Below, piece after piece: positions 40,501 to 54,200 of a DNA stretch of 64,000 nt. The translations under genes were made by a program, and so were the position numbers. Origin of the DNA: Yuukianura sp. NJ FZ-2021 (lineage: Eukaryota); assembly GCA_046563655.1 (NCBI GenBank), contig CM102290.1, positions 1,612,001-1,676,000 on the forward strand. Reading direction: 5' to 3'. The number at the start of each line of letters is the position of its first letter. Position 1 is the stretch's first letter. The notes below the pieces were generated by a model. That model ran no database searches, was not told the DNA's origin, and saw nothing but the letters and a program-made list of their open reading frames with translations.

Positions 40501-41038
40501 ACAGAAGCGAAATAAAGCTGGGACGCCAACGAAGAGAACCGATCAACAAATTTTTGGAAATGAAGAAATTATTGAACTAGAAGTGAGTTTTTTAAATTCA
40601 AAAAGCTAAAATTCCATATTTTTTAGAGAAAAAAAATTTTTTTTTTTGAATTTTCAGGAATTTCAATTGTCTCCAATTCCGTCAATCCGTCAAAGGAACT
40701 TTGGGTCTCGAACTGATGCTGGATTGGGAGCTGGGAGTAGTTCGCCTCGCTTTCCGCCCAGTTTTCGAATCCACCGGCCCCACCACAACCCCACCTCCAT
40801 CTATGCCTCCACTTCTTCAGCCAGACTCCGGTCGAGGAGGTCCAGCAAGCAGTCGGGAGTGTCCGGAAGTCATTCGGGACCGAAGATGCTGCAGACGATT
40901 CGGCGCGGTGCTTCTGCACTCAAGAACTCTTTACCCAAAATCCGCGACGTCAACGTCATTGACAAATTTTCACGCGTCGTGTTTCCAGTCTCTTTCATTT
41001 GCTTTAATGCTTTCTACTGGAGTTTCTACTTTTTATGA
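37545..41038 (+). CDS. Lcch3: GABA-gated chloride channel beta-like subunit (LCCH3), about 13 exons
   Basis: Signal peptide; [61 protein letters not shown]; Cys loop [16 protein letters not shown]1 [23 protein letters not shown]2 [35 protein letters not shown]4 [14 protein letters not shown]. Confidence 0.96.
39510..39738. mobile_element. CAAGG...CCTTG MITE copy, reverse orientation relative to 23313
   Basis: Family termini and subterminal TTTTCTTTAACAGGTT inverted repeat; ACAGAAAC on both flanks with a 1-nt offset. Confidence 0.85.
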
Positions 41039-41556
41039 GGACGCTAGTGAGCTAACGACTCAAATTTGACGGTTGACGGCCGTTGCAACCGTCATCAGTT
41101 GACGGCTGACGGATGTTTACGTTGTTGACGGTTTGCCGTTAGCTGGAAGCGCGTGGACCAAAATGCGTCAAAATATTTGATTTGTTGCATTACCACCATT
41201 ATCATCATCAATACATAATCATCATCATCTTGAAATACCGTGAGAATTCATAGTACCGTAAAGGCGCAAGTGAAACTTTTGACACACAACTCGTTAAAAA
41301 CTGTTAGAGCAAAAAATGTTTCAAAAAGGTTTAAAAAGTTGCAAAATTTTGTTTATGGCATGCAGGTTCATTCCTTTGTTTTACGAGCGGATAGTGGATA
41401 GTGTTGTAACGAATTTTTATTGTTGCGTAAATTCTAATAAAAGAAGCTACTAGAATTTTTGAACCTTCAAGGTTTGCTGACTTTTGCTTTTCTTTGACAG
41501 GTTGGATAATACAATTTGAGAAATTCTTTTCCACCTAATACTTCCAGACTCAAAGG

Positions 41557-42658
41557 TCAATGACCTTGAGCCAGTGACCTCGAATAGCTCAAAATAGTTA
41601 ACAGCAAAACTAAACTTAGGCCGAAGGAAGTAAAGTTGAAGTTGGCGCCGTTGCAGTAGCCGTCGGGCGTCGGTTCACATGCACAAACCTCACGGTAGGT
41701 GGCAGTTCCTGGCAGTTTCTCAGTGTAACAACCAGAGGTCGTCACCAGTTCAGTCACAACGTTCGTCAGGGTTCCACAAAATCTTGTTTCATTCAAAATC
41801 CGTTCCGCTAATACCAAAAAAAATTTCGAACTTGAAAAACTTTTCTAATTTTTATGGAATTTTTTGTTCAAGTTTTCATTTTTCTCAAGGTTTGTTAACT
41901 TTGATTTTCTTTAACAGGTTGGGTAATACCTCATGTTTCTTTTGATTTTGAAAAAAAAAGAGTAAGTTTTCATTTCAGGGCATCGTAGTCATAACATACA
42001 GCCGATTTTTTAAAATTTTGCATAGGAATTGGTACAATGTTTTGGTACTAAAATTGGTACCAATTTTTGTTTTTTGTTTTTCGTTTTTTTGTCAACAAGC
42101 GAGGTAGTACGCAACCTGTTGAAGAAAATTTCGCTGTTCGTTAAGGAACCTTGATTTTTCGTAACTTTGCTTACTATTTGTTTGAATGTATGACATTTTG
42201 AGACAACTGTGTGACGTTGAGCAGAAACAAGGAAGATCGTTTTCAATACAATACTGTTGGACAGCATCCGGATCCGGTCGGATTCCTTCGGTAGTGTTAG
42301 CATAAATGAGCGGATCGAAACAGGCGACATTGTGTTTTCGGTCTCCCTTGATACTTGTGAGTTGGTCACATTCTACTGGAGCAGTACTTGGGTCATCCAG
42401 AGCTTCATTTCCAGGCCAAGTATACAAAAAACAACAGTTTTTGTTAGTTTTGCAAATTTCATCTGTCGTTCCATTCTTTTGCTGCTGAGACGATGGAGCC
42501 TCCGTAGTGGTAGGATCTACAATTTATTTTTAATTTTTTTTTTAAATTTTGTTCAAACTTTTAAATTAAATAGTGAAAGTCGAACCTTGAGCCTGAGGAG
42601 TCTTTGGTTGCCAGCCAAGAAGGATTAAACAAAAACAGAAAATTTTGGAACTCAACAT
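41557..42658 (-). CDS. Ly6/uPAR (quiver/sleepless-like) three-finger protein, probably GPI-anchored
   Basis: Signal peptide MLSSKIFCFCLILLGW; Cys-rich body; C-terminal EVCACEPTPDGYCNGA followed by a hydrophobic tail FGLSLVLLLTILSY. Confidence 0.8.
41886..42153. mobile_element. CAAGG...CCTTG MITE copy
   Basis: Family match; flanks ATTTTTCT / ATTTTTCG. Confidence 0.88.
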
Positions 42659-43294
42659 AACTTTTGTGTCACAATTTAAAAAACGGGTTCAATATAAAGT
42701 AATTGAAAATTTCAAATTCGGTGTAATTTTGGTACAAATTCGTATACAAAAGAATCGTTCTTTTATTTGCAAATGGTTGTGCAGTAAGAAGTAATGACAA
42801 TCGTCATTTGTCACAGAATTCAGGACCTTCTCGCAGTATCTGTGTTTGCGCCAATTCAAAAAAGATTAGATAAATCGAGATAATCGAAGGGCAAAAAATA
42901 ATTGGCACAAAGGTTTATCGTCATTAAAGTTAATTTAAAGTTAGGTTGGGATTAAGGGATTTAAAACGTTGTACTTCATAATCATTACTCACTCCACGAA
43001 ATATTTAGTGTTCGAAGTTAGAATTGTAAAAAATTGCAATATTTTTGCAAAAAAATCCAATATTTATGCAAAAAAAAATTCAATATTTTTGGAGAAAAAA
43101 AATCCAGTATTTTTGCGAAAAGTAAAAAAAAAAATTGAGAAAGTCATAAACACTTTCAAATTTCAAGTTCCGCAATAATTTTTTTGGGGCGGGAGAAATG
43201 AATCCCATTGTCTTTCGCATTTGGACTTTTGTATTTATGACGACAGTTGATAAGTTGATGATGACATGACGCCTGCGCAAATAAATTTAGGCCG

Positions 43295-43365
43295 CTGAAG
43301 GGGGGGGGGGGTTTGGCTGAACGGGGGGAAGGGGTTTGGCTGAAGGGGGGGGGGTTGGCTGAAGG
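43295..43365. repeat. G-rich tandem repeat (GCTGAA-Gn-TTTG)x3, with further G-runs to 43550
   Basis: Read directly. Confidence 0.8.
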
Positions 43366-43904
43366 CTAAAGTCCAAGTTAACTGAATTTAGGTTTAAATT
43401 AAAATAGGAACAGAGTCATTTAGTAGAATGACAGTGACAAATAATCGAGCCAAGTCACTTCGGGGGGAGGAGATTAGGGGGGGGGGGGTTAAGAAACAAT
43501 TGAAGTCACTTGAGGGGAAGGGGCGGGGGGTAATGGGGGAAGAGGGGCAATGGACACAATGGATTGATTAACGAAACAAAGCCTAAACAAGGAACCATAT
43601 CATGGTCAAATTGACGACAAATTGCTTCGTTTTCAGTTTCAAAAAAATTAATTTACTAAAAGAAATGTTAAAAAAAAATTAATTTACTAAAATGAATGTT
43701 AAAAAAATTCTCAGCAGTTTGCCATAGGAATACGACGTTTAAATGTAAAAAATTTTTTGTTTGCTTTTATTTCAAAATTTTTATTAGGTTTCGTGTATTC
43801 TTGTAATTTCTCTTTGGTAAACCAAGAATTGAGTGACGAAATATTTTCAAAATTTTAAATTTTGGCCAAAATTTGAAAAATTGAATGTTTCAAATTTTGA
43901 AAGA

Positions 43905-44790
43905 ATGGCGGCTACCAGTAACGTTGTGACTGCAACTAAACGCCTGTCCAAAGACTATCTGCAGTTGAAGAAAGATCCACTTCCTTACATCTACGCCGAA
44001 CCTCTTCCGTCCAACATGCTTGAGTGGTTAAGTTTTTTCAAAATTTCAAAATCAAAATTGAAAATTTCAAAATTTTATTTTTGGCCATTAGGCACTACAT
44101 TCTGCGTGGTCCTCAACGGACTCTGTACAACGGTGGAATGTACCATGGGAAAATGATTTTCCCTGAACAATTTCCTTTCCGTCCTCCAAGTATCTTCATG
44201 ATCACGCCCAACGGAAGGTAATTACTCGGTAGTTCAGTGACTAATTACTTCTGAAATTGTAATTATCAAGTAATTACACGCCTTTATCAAGTAATTACAC
44301 ACTTTACAATAAGTTCCTTTTGTTTATTCTACTTCCTGGAAGATTCAAAACAAACTTTCGCCTTTGCCTGTCAATCTCTGACTTCCATCCGGATACTTGG
44401 AATCCCTCTTGGACAGTTGGATCCATCTTACAAGGAATTCTAAGCTTCATGGTCTCTTTGTAAAAGTCAAAATTTTGAATTTTTTGTTTCAAAATTTTGA
44501 AATTTTCAGGTTGAAGAAGCACATACGTTAGGGGCCACTCATTCTTCAAAATCTGAGAAACGGAGATTCGCTCGTCACTCGTTGGAGTTCAATCTGCGGA
44601 ACAAACTCATCAAAGAGTTGTTTCCAGATCTTTACCAGGTTTACAAAAGTTTACGACTTGACGTAAATTTTTACATTTGTAAATTTTACGAAATTTTTTT
44701 TTGCAGGAAATGAAAGATGCCGTGACCATGCGTGAGCTGCAGAACGATCTGCGTCGTTACAATGAAACACATGGAGCATTGCTCAACTGA
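43905..44790 (+). CDS. UBE2J2: Ubiquitin-conjugating enzyme E2 J2-like (Ubc6 family), 5 exons
   Basis: ATKRLSKDYLQLKKDPLPYIYAEPLPSNMLEWHY; GGMYHGKMIFPEQFPFRPPSIFMITPNGRFKTNFRLCLSISDFHPDTWNPSWTVGSILQGILSFM (catalytic Cys present). Confidence 0.9.
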
Positions 44791-44967
44791 AGCATCGATC
44801 AACGTCAAAAACCCACTTGACCTCGCGACCCGCCATTTTTTAAAATTTCAAATTTTTCAAAATGTTAAGACTTGCGGAGTGATAAACGACATGACCTTGA
44901 ATTGATCCTTGTTTCCTCTTTTTTTCTGATTGGGTACTATGTTATGGTGGTTACTCATCCAGATAAG

Positions 44968-45192
44968 CAAGGTTCCTTGACATCCGAAATATAACAAATT
45001 GTATTTCCTACAGCAGGTTGTCCAATACCTCAGTGTTTCCAGAAATCCTACTTTAAACAAATTTCTGTACCAATTCTGCACCAATCCAATTTTACATGCC
45101 AAAAATAGAAAAGCACTTTTTTTTAATCAAATTTTAAAACTTCCAGTTATTGGACAACCTGGTGTAGAAATTTTTTTTGTTTACGAACCTTG
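44968..45192. mobile_element. CAAGG...CCTTG MITE copy (subtype like 21045)
   Basis: Termini CAAGGTTC/GAACCTTG, subterminal CAGGTTGTCCAATA inverted; flanks CAGATAAG / CCGATAAG. Confidence 0.85.
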
Positions 45193-48100
45193 CCGATAAG
45201 ATTATTTTAGACCATGTGACCTTAAATTAGGTTAAGTTTAAGTTAGTTTAACTTATCAAAGGATCAATTAACCTTGATTGACTACGTTTTAGTTTACGTC
45301 CGTGTTGATTGTTTTGTGAGAATATGGATTGATTGATTGACCGGAGGAGGGGAGTACGGATATGTCAACATTCTCAGCAGGGTCACCCTATGTTAAAACA
45401 GGTTAGCCTAACAATTCAACAAAACAATAGAGTCCAATGACCTTGTCGTGTCCAACCATGGGAATTTGATACCTGAGCATGCGCAGAAGCCAAACATGCG
45501 CAAGGCGGGAACCCACCAAATCCAAGGTCACGTGGGCCACACTAATACTCTGCTTTAAACTGTTTTTTTTTAGAATGACTTTTGTCAAACAATGGGAGCA
45601 TGACAGGGCGGATACGTTTACATACGTTAAAGACCTCCACTGAAAAAACAATTTTTGACTACTCCTGCAATTAACACCTCACACAAAAGATCTTTTGGCT
45701 CCCTGTTAAAAAATCCCTGCTGAGATTTCTGATTTTATCTTAGGTTTAGCCTTAGCATTGACACAATCTTGATAAATTTAGCAAACAAAGAGACAGGCCA
45801 ATTTTTATGCTAACAAGGGACACGCCCTGTCACAAAATTTTAAATTCTCAACTTTTATGTCCAATTTTTTTTTTCCAAAATTTTCAATGAAATTTAATTC
45901 CAAAATTGAGAATGAACTACTTAAACGTCTTAAAAATAACACTGTTATGGTTAGATTGCCAAAAAGTTTTGTAATTTCAAAAAGAAAACGTCACCATCTT
46001 GAAAATGAGAAAAATGCGAAAAAAAAGAAGCAGGGAACTTTTCTTCTTCTTCTTTTTTTTTTATTTTTTTAAAAAATTTGTTTGTTTTGGAATGATTTGA
46101 GGTGGACAGTATTATCGTGCAGTTACGGAAGGTGTTGTAGGAAACATTAATAATGTAAAAAGTTAATAGGTTAATTTTTATTACATTTGATACTGTATAA
46201 AGTGACAGTATATGTAGTTAGTTGTAAAAAACGTTAACAATGGTTAGAGTAGGAGGAATGAGATGTACAGGGTGATCCCCAAGTGAGAAGGAAAGGCAAC
46301 GACAACATTAATTTCTAAATTCAGTTTCCTCTTGTCTTCTGCCAGGTCAGCTTCCATACACCATCTACTGTGTCCCACTTTTAACCCAGTCACTTTCAAT
46401 TTTTTTTGAAGTGGAACAAGTTTTTTCGAAATTTTGAAAAGTGACTGTTCTATTTAACTTATTTTTTGTGTTTTAAAAAAATATGGTTCAATCCCGCATG
46501 GGAATATTTTAGTCCGTTGTGAGATTTTCGTGAAAGTTTCGTGAAAGACGCCAAGTCGCTTCAACAATAAAAATTCAAAAACACAAACAGTAAAAAAACA
46601 AGTTCCTTGTAACTTTTATGATCTTATTTATATAAGCTATTGCAGAAATTACGTTTTATATTTAAATATTAACTAATTTAATTACAACTTTATACATTTT
46701 TAAGCTAAATGTTAGTTTCTGCATTTCTTTACAGAAAAAAGTTGAGACATTTTTGACTAATGGCATTTAAAACTGCTAAAATTCTGTGCAAAAATTCAAC
46801 TTTTATGGTTTTATAATTTTATAATTTATAATTTTTGACTTTTAAGTTTAAAGTTTTTTTTTTTTTTTACATTTGAAACCTTAAAAAAAAAGCGGGAAGC
46901 CGGGTCAATATTTGAACGTTCTTGTTGTTTAAGAGGTCAAAGGTCATTTCTTTTCCAAGGTCAAATGGTTATATCTGCTAAACTTGTGGTTGATTTCCGT
47001 TTGTCCAAGAACAATTGGGAGTTAAGTTTGTTAAAATTTTTGGTTAGCGCGGGAAGATTCAAGAAAAGAGGAAGAATGTGATGTTCCTTCCTGCCTAGCC
47101 CTTCCTTCCTGCACTTCCTTCCAACAATGCTTCATCTGCAATCCACAACAATGGACGCAGCTCGACTAAGGAAAAGTTTGGCTCTTTCCTCCTTTTGTTC
47201 TTTTAAGTCCATTGCTCATGCGCAGAAACCTCCTCCCTTTGACCACTACTGCGCAGTCTCAATTGTTCACTGCGCAGGACACAACGGACACCCCAGGCAG
47301 AGTGATGAACGCATAAAATTACTCATAATTTTTCACTATTTTTTTCACACGACTTGTTTAATCAATTCCAACGAAAAAAAAAGTAATTCACACAACGACA
47401 GGCGTGAAAATTCGAATCGCGGGAAAAGAATTCAAAATTTTACATTTTAATGTGTTTTTTTTTTGAAAACTCAGATCTCAATACAGAAACTTTCAGAATC
47501 GCAATCAGCGCAATGATGGATGATGGATCGTATTCGTAGCTTAAAAAATAGTTTGTACCTTTGGTTAAACAAAAATTTTTGGGATTGGGTGGCATTGAAA
47601 TTTTGAAATCTCACAGAAAAATTCAGCGGGGAGTAAAAAGGGAACGTCAAAAATGAAAAGTTCATTACTCTGCATGACTCATGGCAAAAAATAATTTTGC
47701 TCTTAACATTCCCACGATCAAGAAATTAGATTTGTTCTCACTTCAACTTGATTGTTACTTCCATTAGATTAATTGTCTTTGCACATGCGCATTACACACT
47801 CTGACACAACAATTAAACACTGTCGCTGGAACTTTAATTAGCACTTATACTTAATTATAACGAACATTAACTCCTCTTCTTTATGAAACAACATAGTATA
47901 TGGGATATTATTTAGTTATAATTGTATACATTTGCACTCTGATGCTTTTATTGCAACGGAAGTCAACAAAAAAGTGAAAGTTGCCCCGCCCCTTTTTTTG
48001 TTATTACGATTTATTAGTTTACAAATTACAAATTTGCAATACTTTTCAATTACAAATTTGCAATTACAATTTTTCCTTTGATTTATTAAGAATGACGCAA

Positions 48101-48259
48101 TTGTCAATTTTTACGTAAAAAAAATTCATGTGTTTCTTCATTTCCTTTATTGTCAGAAGAAAAAAGTGACGCCGTAACGTGGAAGGGGCAATGCGAGACT
48201 GAAGACGGCCAAATTGGATCTGCGCATGCGTAAAGTCGAACCTCTTCTGCGCAGAGAGA

Positions 48260-51200
48260 ATGTGTAGCAAAGGAAAAACGATTCTGCACTTGGTGGTGAC
48301 GTCATGCACTGTGGCCATTCTAATCGTCGTAGGTAAGTTGCATAAACTTTTTTTCAAAATGGCAACGAAAACTTTGCAGCAAGGTGGATAAACAAAGAAA
48401 TACTATGTCTTTAACAGGTTAGGCAATAACTCGAGTTTTAAGTTTTTTGCGACGAATTTTTAATACTAAATTCATCTAGTTTCAATCGCGGTTGGTATGG
48501 TAAACGGAATTAAAAATCCTGAGAGATGAAAGTAGAAAAGGCGTAGTAAAAGGTAGAAAAAACAAAAAAGGCAGAAAAAAATTGTTTCGCTCAAGAATTT
48601 TTGAAAACAGGACTTATTGCCTAACCTGTTAAAGGAAAACTATTTCGTTGCTGTAGCAACCTTGCTTTACAGGTACTTTTGTATTTAGAAGTGGAATTGC
48701 GCATGGGCATGGAAAATAAAAGAGTTGCGCATGCAGATATGTTGAAAAGTGGTTAATAAGAGTCTTAACCCAAGGGAACGTAAGATGCGATTAAAATTGG
48801 AAAAATAAGCTTTTCAATTGAAGATGCAATCGAAGGGGAGAATGACTTTGCATTAAACAAAATTGATAATCTGTGACATTGATGGCGTAGAAGATTTGAA
48901 TTCCGTGGGAATTTTCAAAAAATTTGCCCTTGAGGCAAAAAGGCACCATTTACGAATTATAAAGTCTGTAAATTGTTCTTACAATTTACAAAAGTAAAAA
49001 TTCACAAAAATTTACTAATCCTCGGGAATTACAAACCCAAATTTTCGAAATCCAAGACTTTTAATCTCCTTTTTAACAAATTCTGGCCTAAGCTCTGTGT
49101 GTTAAAACTGTTTCGAATGGTTTTAATTCTTGGTGAGATCCGGATTAACTAAAAAGCGGAAATTTTGAAATGCAAGAATATAAAAAAATCCATTGTTTGT
49201 ATTTTTTTTGTGTTCGGGCGTCCTTAACTTAAACTTTTCCGCTACTTTTGTTAAGTCTTAAATCCATCATTAGTCGAAATTGTTAAACAGATGAATTGCG
49301 CATGTGTGGAAAAAAAAACTTCCTATTTCTATCGATTTCTCGTTTTTTGACATTTGACCTTGCAATTCCTTTGAATTTTGACAATTGCAGAAACGAAACA
49401 ATTCTATAGAAAGAAAAATGAAAAAAAAATTGTGTTTGTTTCTTTTTTGCGTATGTGCAGAATTTTCTTCCTTTTGTGTAGTACTTAAAGTGTGTAATGA
49501 GAGCTTTAACTTGATTTCCGGATTACTTCATCTAGCTCGAAACATTCGTCAACTGTGTCAACTTTTGTTATAATTCAAAAGAAACTTTTTTGGTTTTGCA
49601 GTTAAATCAAAAGCCAAATTTGTTAAAAGTGTTACAAACCAAAATACTTGATGTAATTTTTTTTGAAAAATTCACTCCAAATGAAATTTCAACTTCACTA
49701 AATAACTTGGAAACAAAAAAAAACTTAATTGACAAGAGTCTAAATGTAATTGGAGTGTAAAATGTTCAAGTCATTAGAAATGTACAACAAGTTAAAGGAA
49801 AATGTTTAAAAGAAGGCGAAAAACACATTTTGAGAGCCTGTGGGCATTTCGTGCTTTTGTATTTTTGGAAAACAACCACTCCGCAAATCTCTCTTTTTTT
49901 TTGACGGTTCAGAAGAAATATTGTTCATCGATGATAAAATTTTGTCAAAAGCTGACAACATTTTCTCCTACTTTAAAAATTAAGGTTTAAAACACGTTAC
50001 TGAATAATTAACTTTTGTGTTTTCAAAATCCAGTTTCAAAATCAGTTCAAAATTCAGTTTGAAAGAAAAAATTTCAAAATCCAGGCTTCTAAAGGTTAGG
50101 CTCATTATCATTTTCCAATGTTTACGAAACGCAGTGCATATACTTTTCCTTTATGGAGGGAAACTAGGGCAGAATCATGAAAAATGAAATTTTATTGCAC
50201 AAATCAGGGTTTTGTGAGGACAGATTCGTATTTTTGTGAATTGAAGAGCTAAAGGGCTGAAATGATTAATGTTTTATAGGAAGAGCAAAAGGCGTTTTGT
50301 CACTCACGACCACCGTTCCCTTGTATGTCTTCAAAGTGTGATTGTAGTGAGTTGCGCAATGGAAGAAAACCATAAATGACTTTCAGTTTAATGTCGCCCT
50401 TTGCGCATGATGCCTTGCGCAGCATCTCCTCGTCTCTGAATGGTAGTTAATTCGTCCTTTGATTTGCCAATCAAAGTTGATTTGTGATGTTGCTAAAACG
50501 TGGTTCAAGAACTGAATGAGTGTCATCTTCCTTAACTACCCCTTCATCCTTCACAACAATTAAAATGGACACAAGCGTCCGCTTTCACTTTCAATAGCAT
50601 AACTTAACTAACCTAATTTTAGTCTAATATGACCTAAACCAGCCCATTTCTGGGTGAAACAAGGTCAGTCTCTAAGAAAAAGCACTTTAATTTAAAATTT
50701 TTCCATTTTAATTTTCAATCATATTCAAATTTTCAAAATATTTTACTCACAACCCACACGGTCATTGTAAAGTCAGGATAATGTCAGTGTAAAGTCCATG
50801 CAGAGTCAGGATAAATTCAGGGTAAAGTCATTGCAAAGTCAGTGTAAAGTGAATACAGGGTCAGTCCAAAGTCAGCGCAACGTCAGTAATGCAAAGTCGG
50901 AAAGTGTTTCTTTTAACTAAACGTCAGTTTTTGTATTTTTTTTTGAAAACAGCGATTTTAGTAGTCCATTTCTTAGAAGTAGGAGGAGTCATGGAACACG
51001 TTGGACCAATGGCAAGACGAGAGGCAACTACAGCATCGCTGGAAACGTTCCAGCAAAAAGGCGGGAAACACGAAATGAGTTTAGTTTTTCATTGGTTTAA
51101 TTCGAATAAGCACTTGGTCACATGGGAATGGAAACCACGCGCATGAGCACTGCTTTTTGAGTGCTCGTCACTGCACATGTCACTCACAAAATGTCATCAA

Positions 51201-54200
51201 GATTTAGGTTATGATGATGATGTTACACAATGTCAATGTGTAAAGTTAGGCTGTTGTTTAGCATATTAAAGAAAATGGTGAGCTCAAACGGGAACAATGA
51301 CAACGACTCAACCTTAACGGAGACAAACGACTTCCCTCATGTGCAACCAATCGCAACTCGCTTCAAAAATTGATTCGATTTGGGAACTTGAGCCATTCCA
51401 TGCATGACAGTTTAAAAAAAAAATCAAATTTTGGCTCTGACCTGTTTTTTTGAAAAACATTGTAAACGTAGTAACTCAAAAAATTTGTAGACTGGAAAGA
51501 TTCACACGCTTTAGAACCTAATCCAAATATTAGAATCGTAATTCTAGAGGCACGGCATTTTGTAGCAAGGTTTCTTGACTTTGATTTTCTTTAACAGGTT
51601 CGGTAATACCTCATGTTATTTCGATTTTCCAACTTTTCATTTCAGTGCATCGTAGTCATAACGATACAGCATTTTTTTTTAAATTTTGCATACGAATTGG
51701 TACCAATTTTTGGGATTGGTATGTATTTTTGCTTTTTCCATTTTTTTTTCTCAACAAGCGAGGTAGTACTCAACCTGTTAAAGAAAATTAACTTGTCATT
51801 GTCAAGGAACCTTGGTTTGTAGAGCACTTTTGTTCAAAATTTTGGAATGCTTTGAAGGCTTTAGAAAATATTTTTTTTAAATTAGGTTTTGGAGACATTA
51901 GTTTTGCCGAAGCAAAAAATGAAGTACGTTCAGTCCCTAGTCTGTCAACTGCTCAGACGCGTCCAACCTACCAAAAACCCAAACCTAAATTGGTTCTGCC
52001 CAAGCAGTTGCAGCAACAGAAACACGACGACGACGACCGCGGCGGTGCAAAAACAGATTCTGCGACTGCGCAGTCCAATCCCAACTTGGTGACTCAAACG
52101 GTTTACGGATTCCTAGATTTCGTCACCACCGTGGGCAACACGGTCATGATCTTTACGCCTCAAACTAAAAAAGGTGAGAATCGTGTCAGGATGGTCGTGC
52201 GCATGCGCCAAAACGTTTTATGACTCATGACGCCTCTTTTTGTTTTAAAAGTCGACTCGGTATCTCCATCTTCATCTACTGCCACTCCAATTCGTGAAAC
52301 GGTGTTGCTCCAACCAACTCAAACGGTGACGAGTTTCGTCGTGTCGGAAGTGATCGAGACTCCGAAAGATTCGAATCAGCGATCTGCTCGCCTATTGGAG
52401 ATTAGTGAGGAAGAGAATGAGCCAATCGGAGCTCAGCTTGAAGCGTCAGAAGTCGAACCGCAAATTTTTACGCCGACATCTGCAATTCCTACGCCAACTT
52501 CCATTGGTCATGTGACCGCTGCCCCAATGTCGTCAGAAACGTCAAAAACCGTCAAAAGCACTGTGGCTATCGTTAAATCTGAGCCGGAGGTAAAATTTTC
52601 AAAATTTCTTAAAAAGTAACAAAAAAATAAAGCTGTGTCACTTTTTTGAAGTGACATTGACGCAACCTCGCTTTTGCCGTTTACACGTTAATTGCTTTGA
52701 TTTAGTTCTGCTCGTGTGAATTTGTCAGTGTCACAAAACGTTTTTTTTTTGTTGTTTTTGTCCTTGGATCTAAAAATGAATTGCAAAGGAATCGATACTA
52801 AAATTTTTAGGGGCTTACGAGGGAAACCCATTAAACTGTTCTCGAGTTTTTAAATTTAAAAATTACTTTCATATTCTGCATGTCAAAGAAAAATTTCCTC
52901 AAGCAGTTTCGGTTTCCAAGCCAAGAAAGAATTACCCCGACCGGGACTTGAATCCCTGACCCCACCACAGGAATGAGAAAAAAAAATTTCATGTCAAATT
53001 CTTTAATAGAAAACGTGTTTATGATGTATTTTTCTCCTACAATTTGGACTTTTCCTGTTGAAGAATTCTACAAAAATTACTTTTCTCTTAATTGTGAAGC
53101 GGGGACACGCGTTCGAGTTCAGGTAGTGATAGTTTTTTTTTGGCGTGGGCAAGCGAGACTACTGCATAAAATTTTTTTTAACATCCAGAATATGACTATA
53201 ATTTTTAAAATGAAAAACTCAACGACAGGTGAATGGGTTTCCCTCGTTAGTGTATAAAATTTGAACCTATTTTTAATTCTTGGAAATTTTGAAACTACAA
53301 TTTCTGAAATCTTGAAGGTGCGGACTCAAGTGAACGTGGTCACTGGTGTCAAAATTTCCGAGCAACTTCCCAGCTCTTCTTCTACAAAAGGTTTTACACT
53401 AAAATTCCCGCGTTTGGCGTCTTCTGCTTCTGCGTCAGACGAATTTCAAACTGGTGTCGTGAGTCATAACGTAGAGTCAAAAATCATCAACGGGGTGACC
53501 ACAGTGCATGAAACCAAAGTCCTTGGAACGTTCATTGGAACACAGTACGCACGAATCCTGGAGTCTTCGTCTACGATACTTCCTATGTCGACGATTGTTG
53601 CCACGGCTACGTCCACCGTTGAACCGACGATAAAAATTTTACAAAAAGCTGGACAGGTCCTGAGCTCCGTCGTGGCCATTCCAGAAGTTAGTACGGTGCT
53701 GTCCGTTTCGTCAAGTTCCGGAGACTCCGAGAACGATCCCCGGTTCAGTCAGTGCAAAAAAAAAATCTTTTTTGAATTTTGAAAATGTAAACTTTTTTTT
53801 TCCAAATTTTGAACAGATGAAGAGCTGCTGGAACAGGAAGAGGGCCCTGTAGATCTGAACGAAGCTGAAAGGTCATTGACCCCTGAACCAACGCAGACGC
53901 TGTCTTTAGCATCTTCTGAGGATTCGACTCACTACGTTTTACCTGAGAAAGATCAACCTCGTGCCCAAATCTACGCTTCGCCAATACCAAGTCCAAATGC
54001 ATACTCCCGGCAACCACAAATTTATGTCGACGTGTCACCAGCGACAGCTTACGACTATGTCGTTACTGCTACGCCCTCCAGAAAACCGTTTCGACCCCAA
54101 AGTACAAGGTCATCGGAGTCCCCCAGCCGATTCACAACACGGTTTGCCAATAAGTAGGTTCAAAAGTCACAAACACAAGCACGTGACATTGTGACTTTTC

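Noticed and set aside
46266..46300. TA-CAGGGTG start resembling a Tc1/mariner TIR
   Set aside because: I could not find a matching inverted end or a transposase remnant
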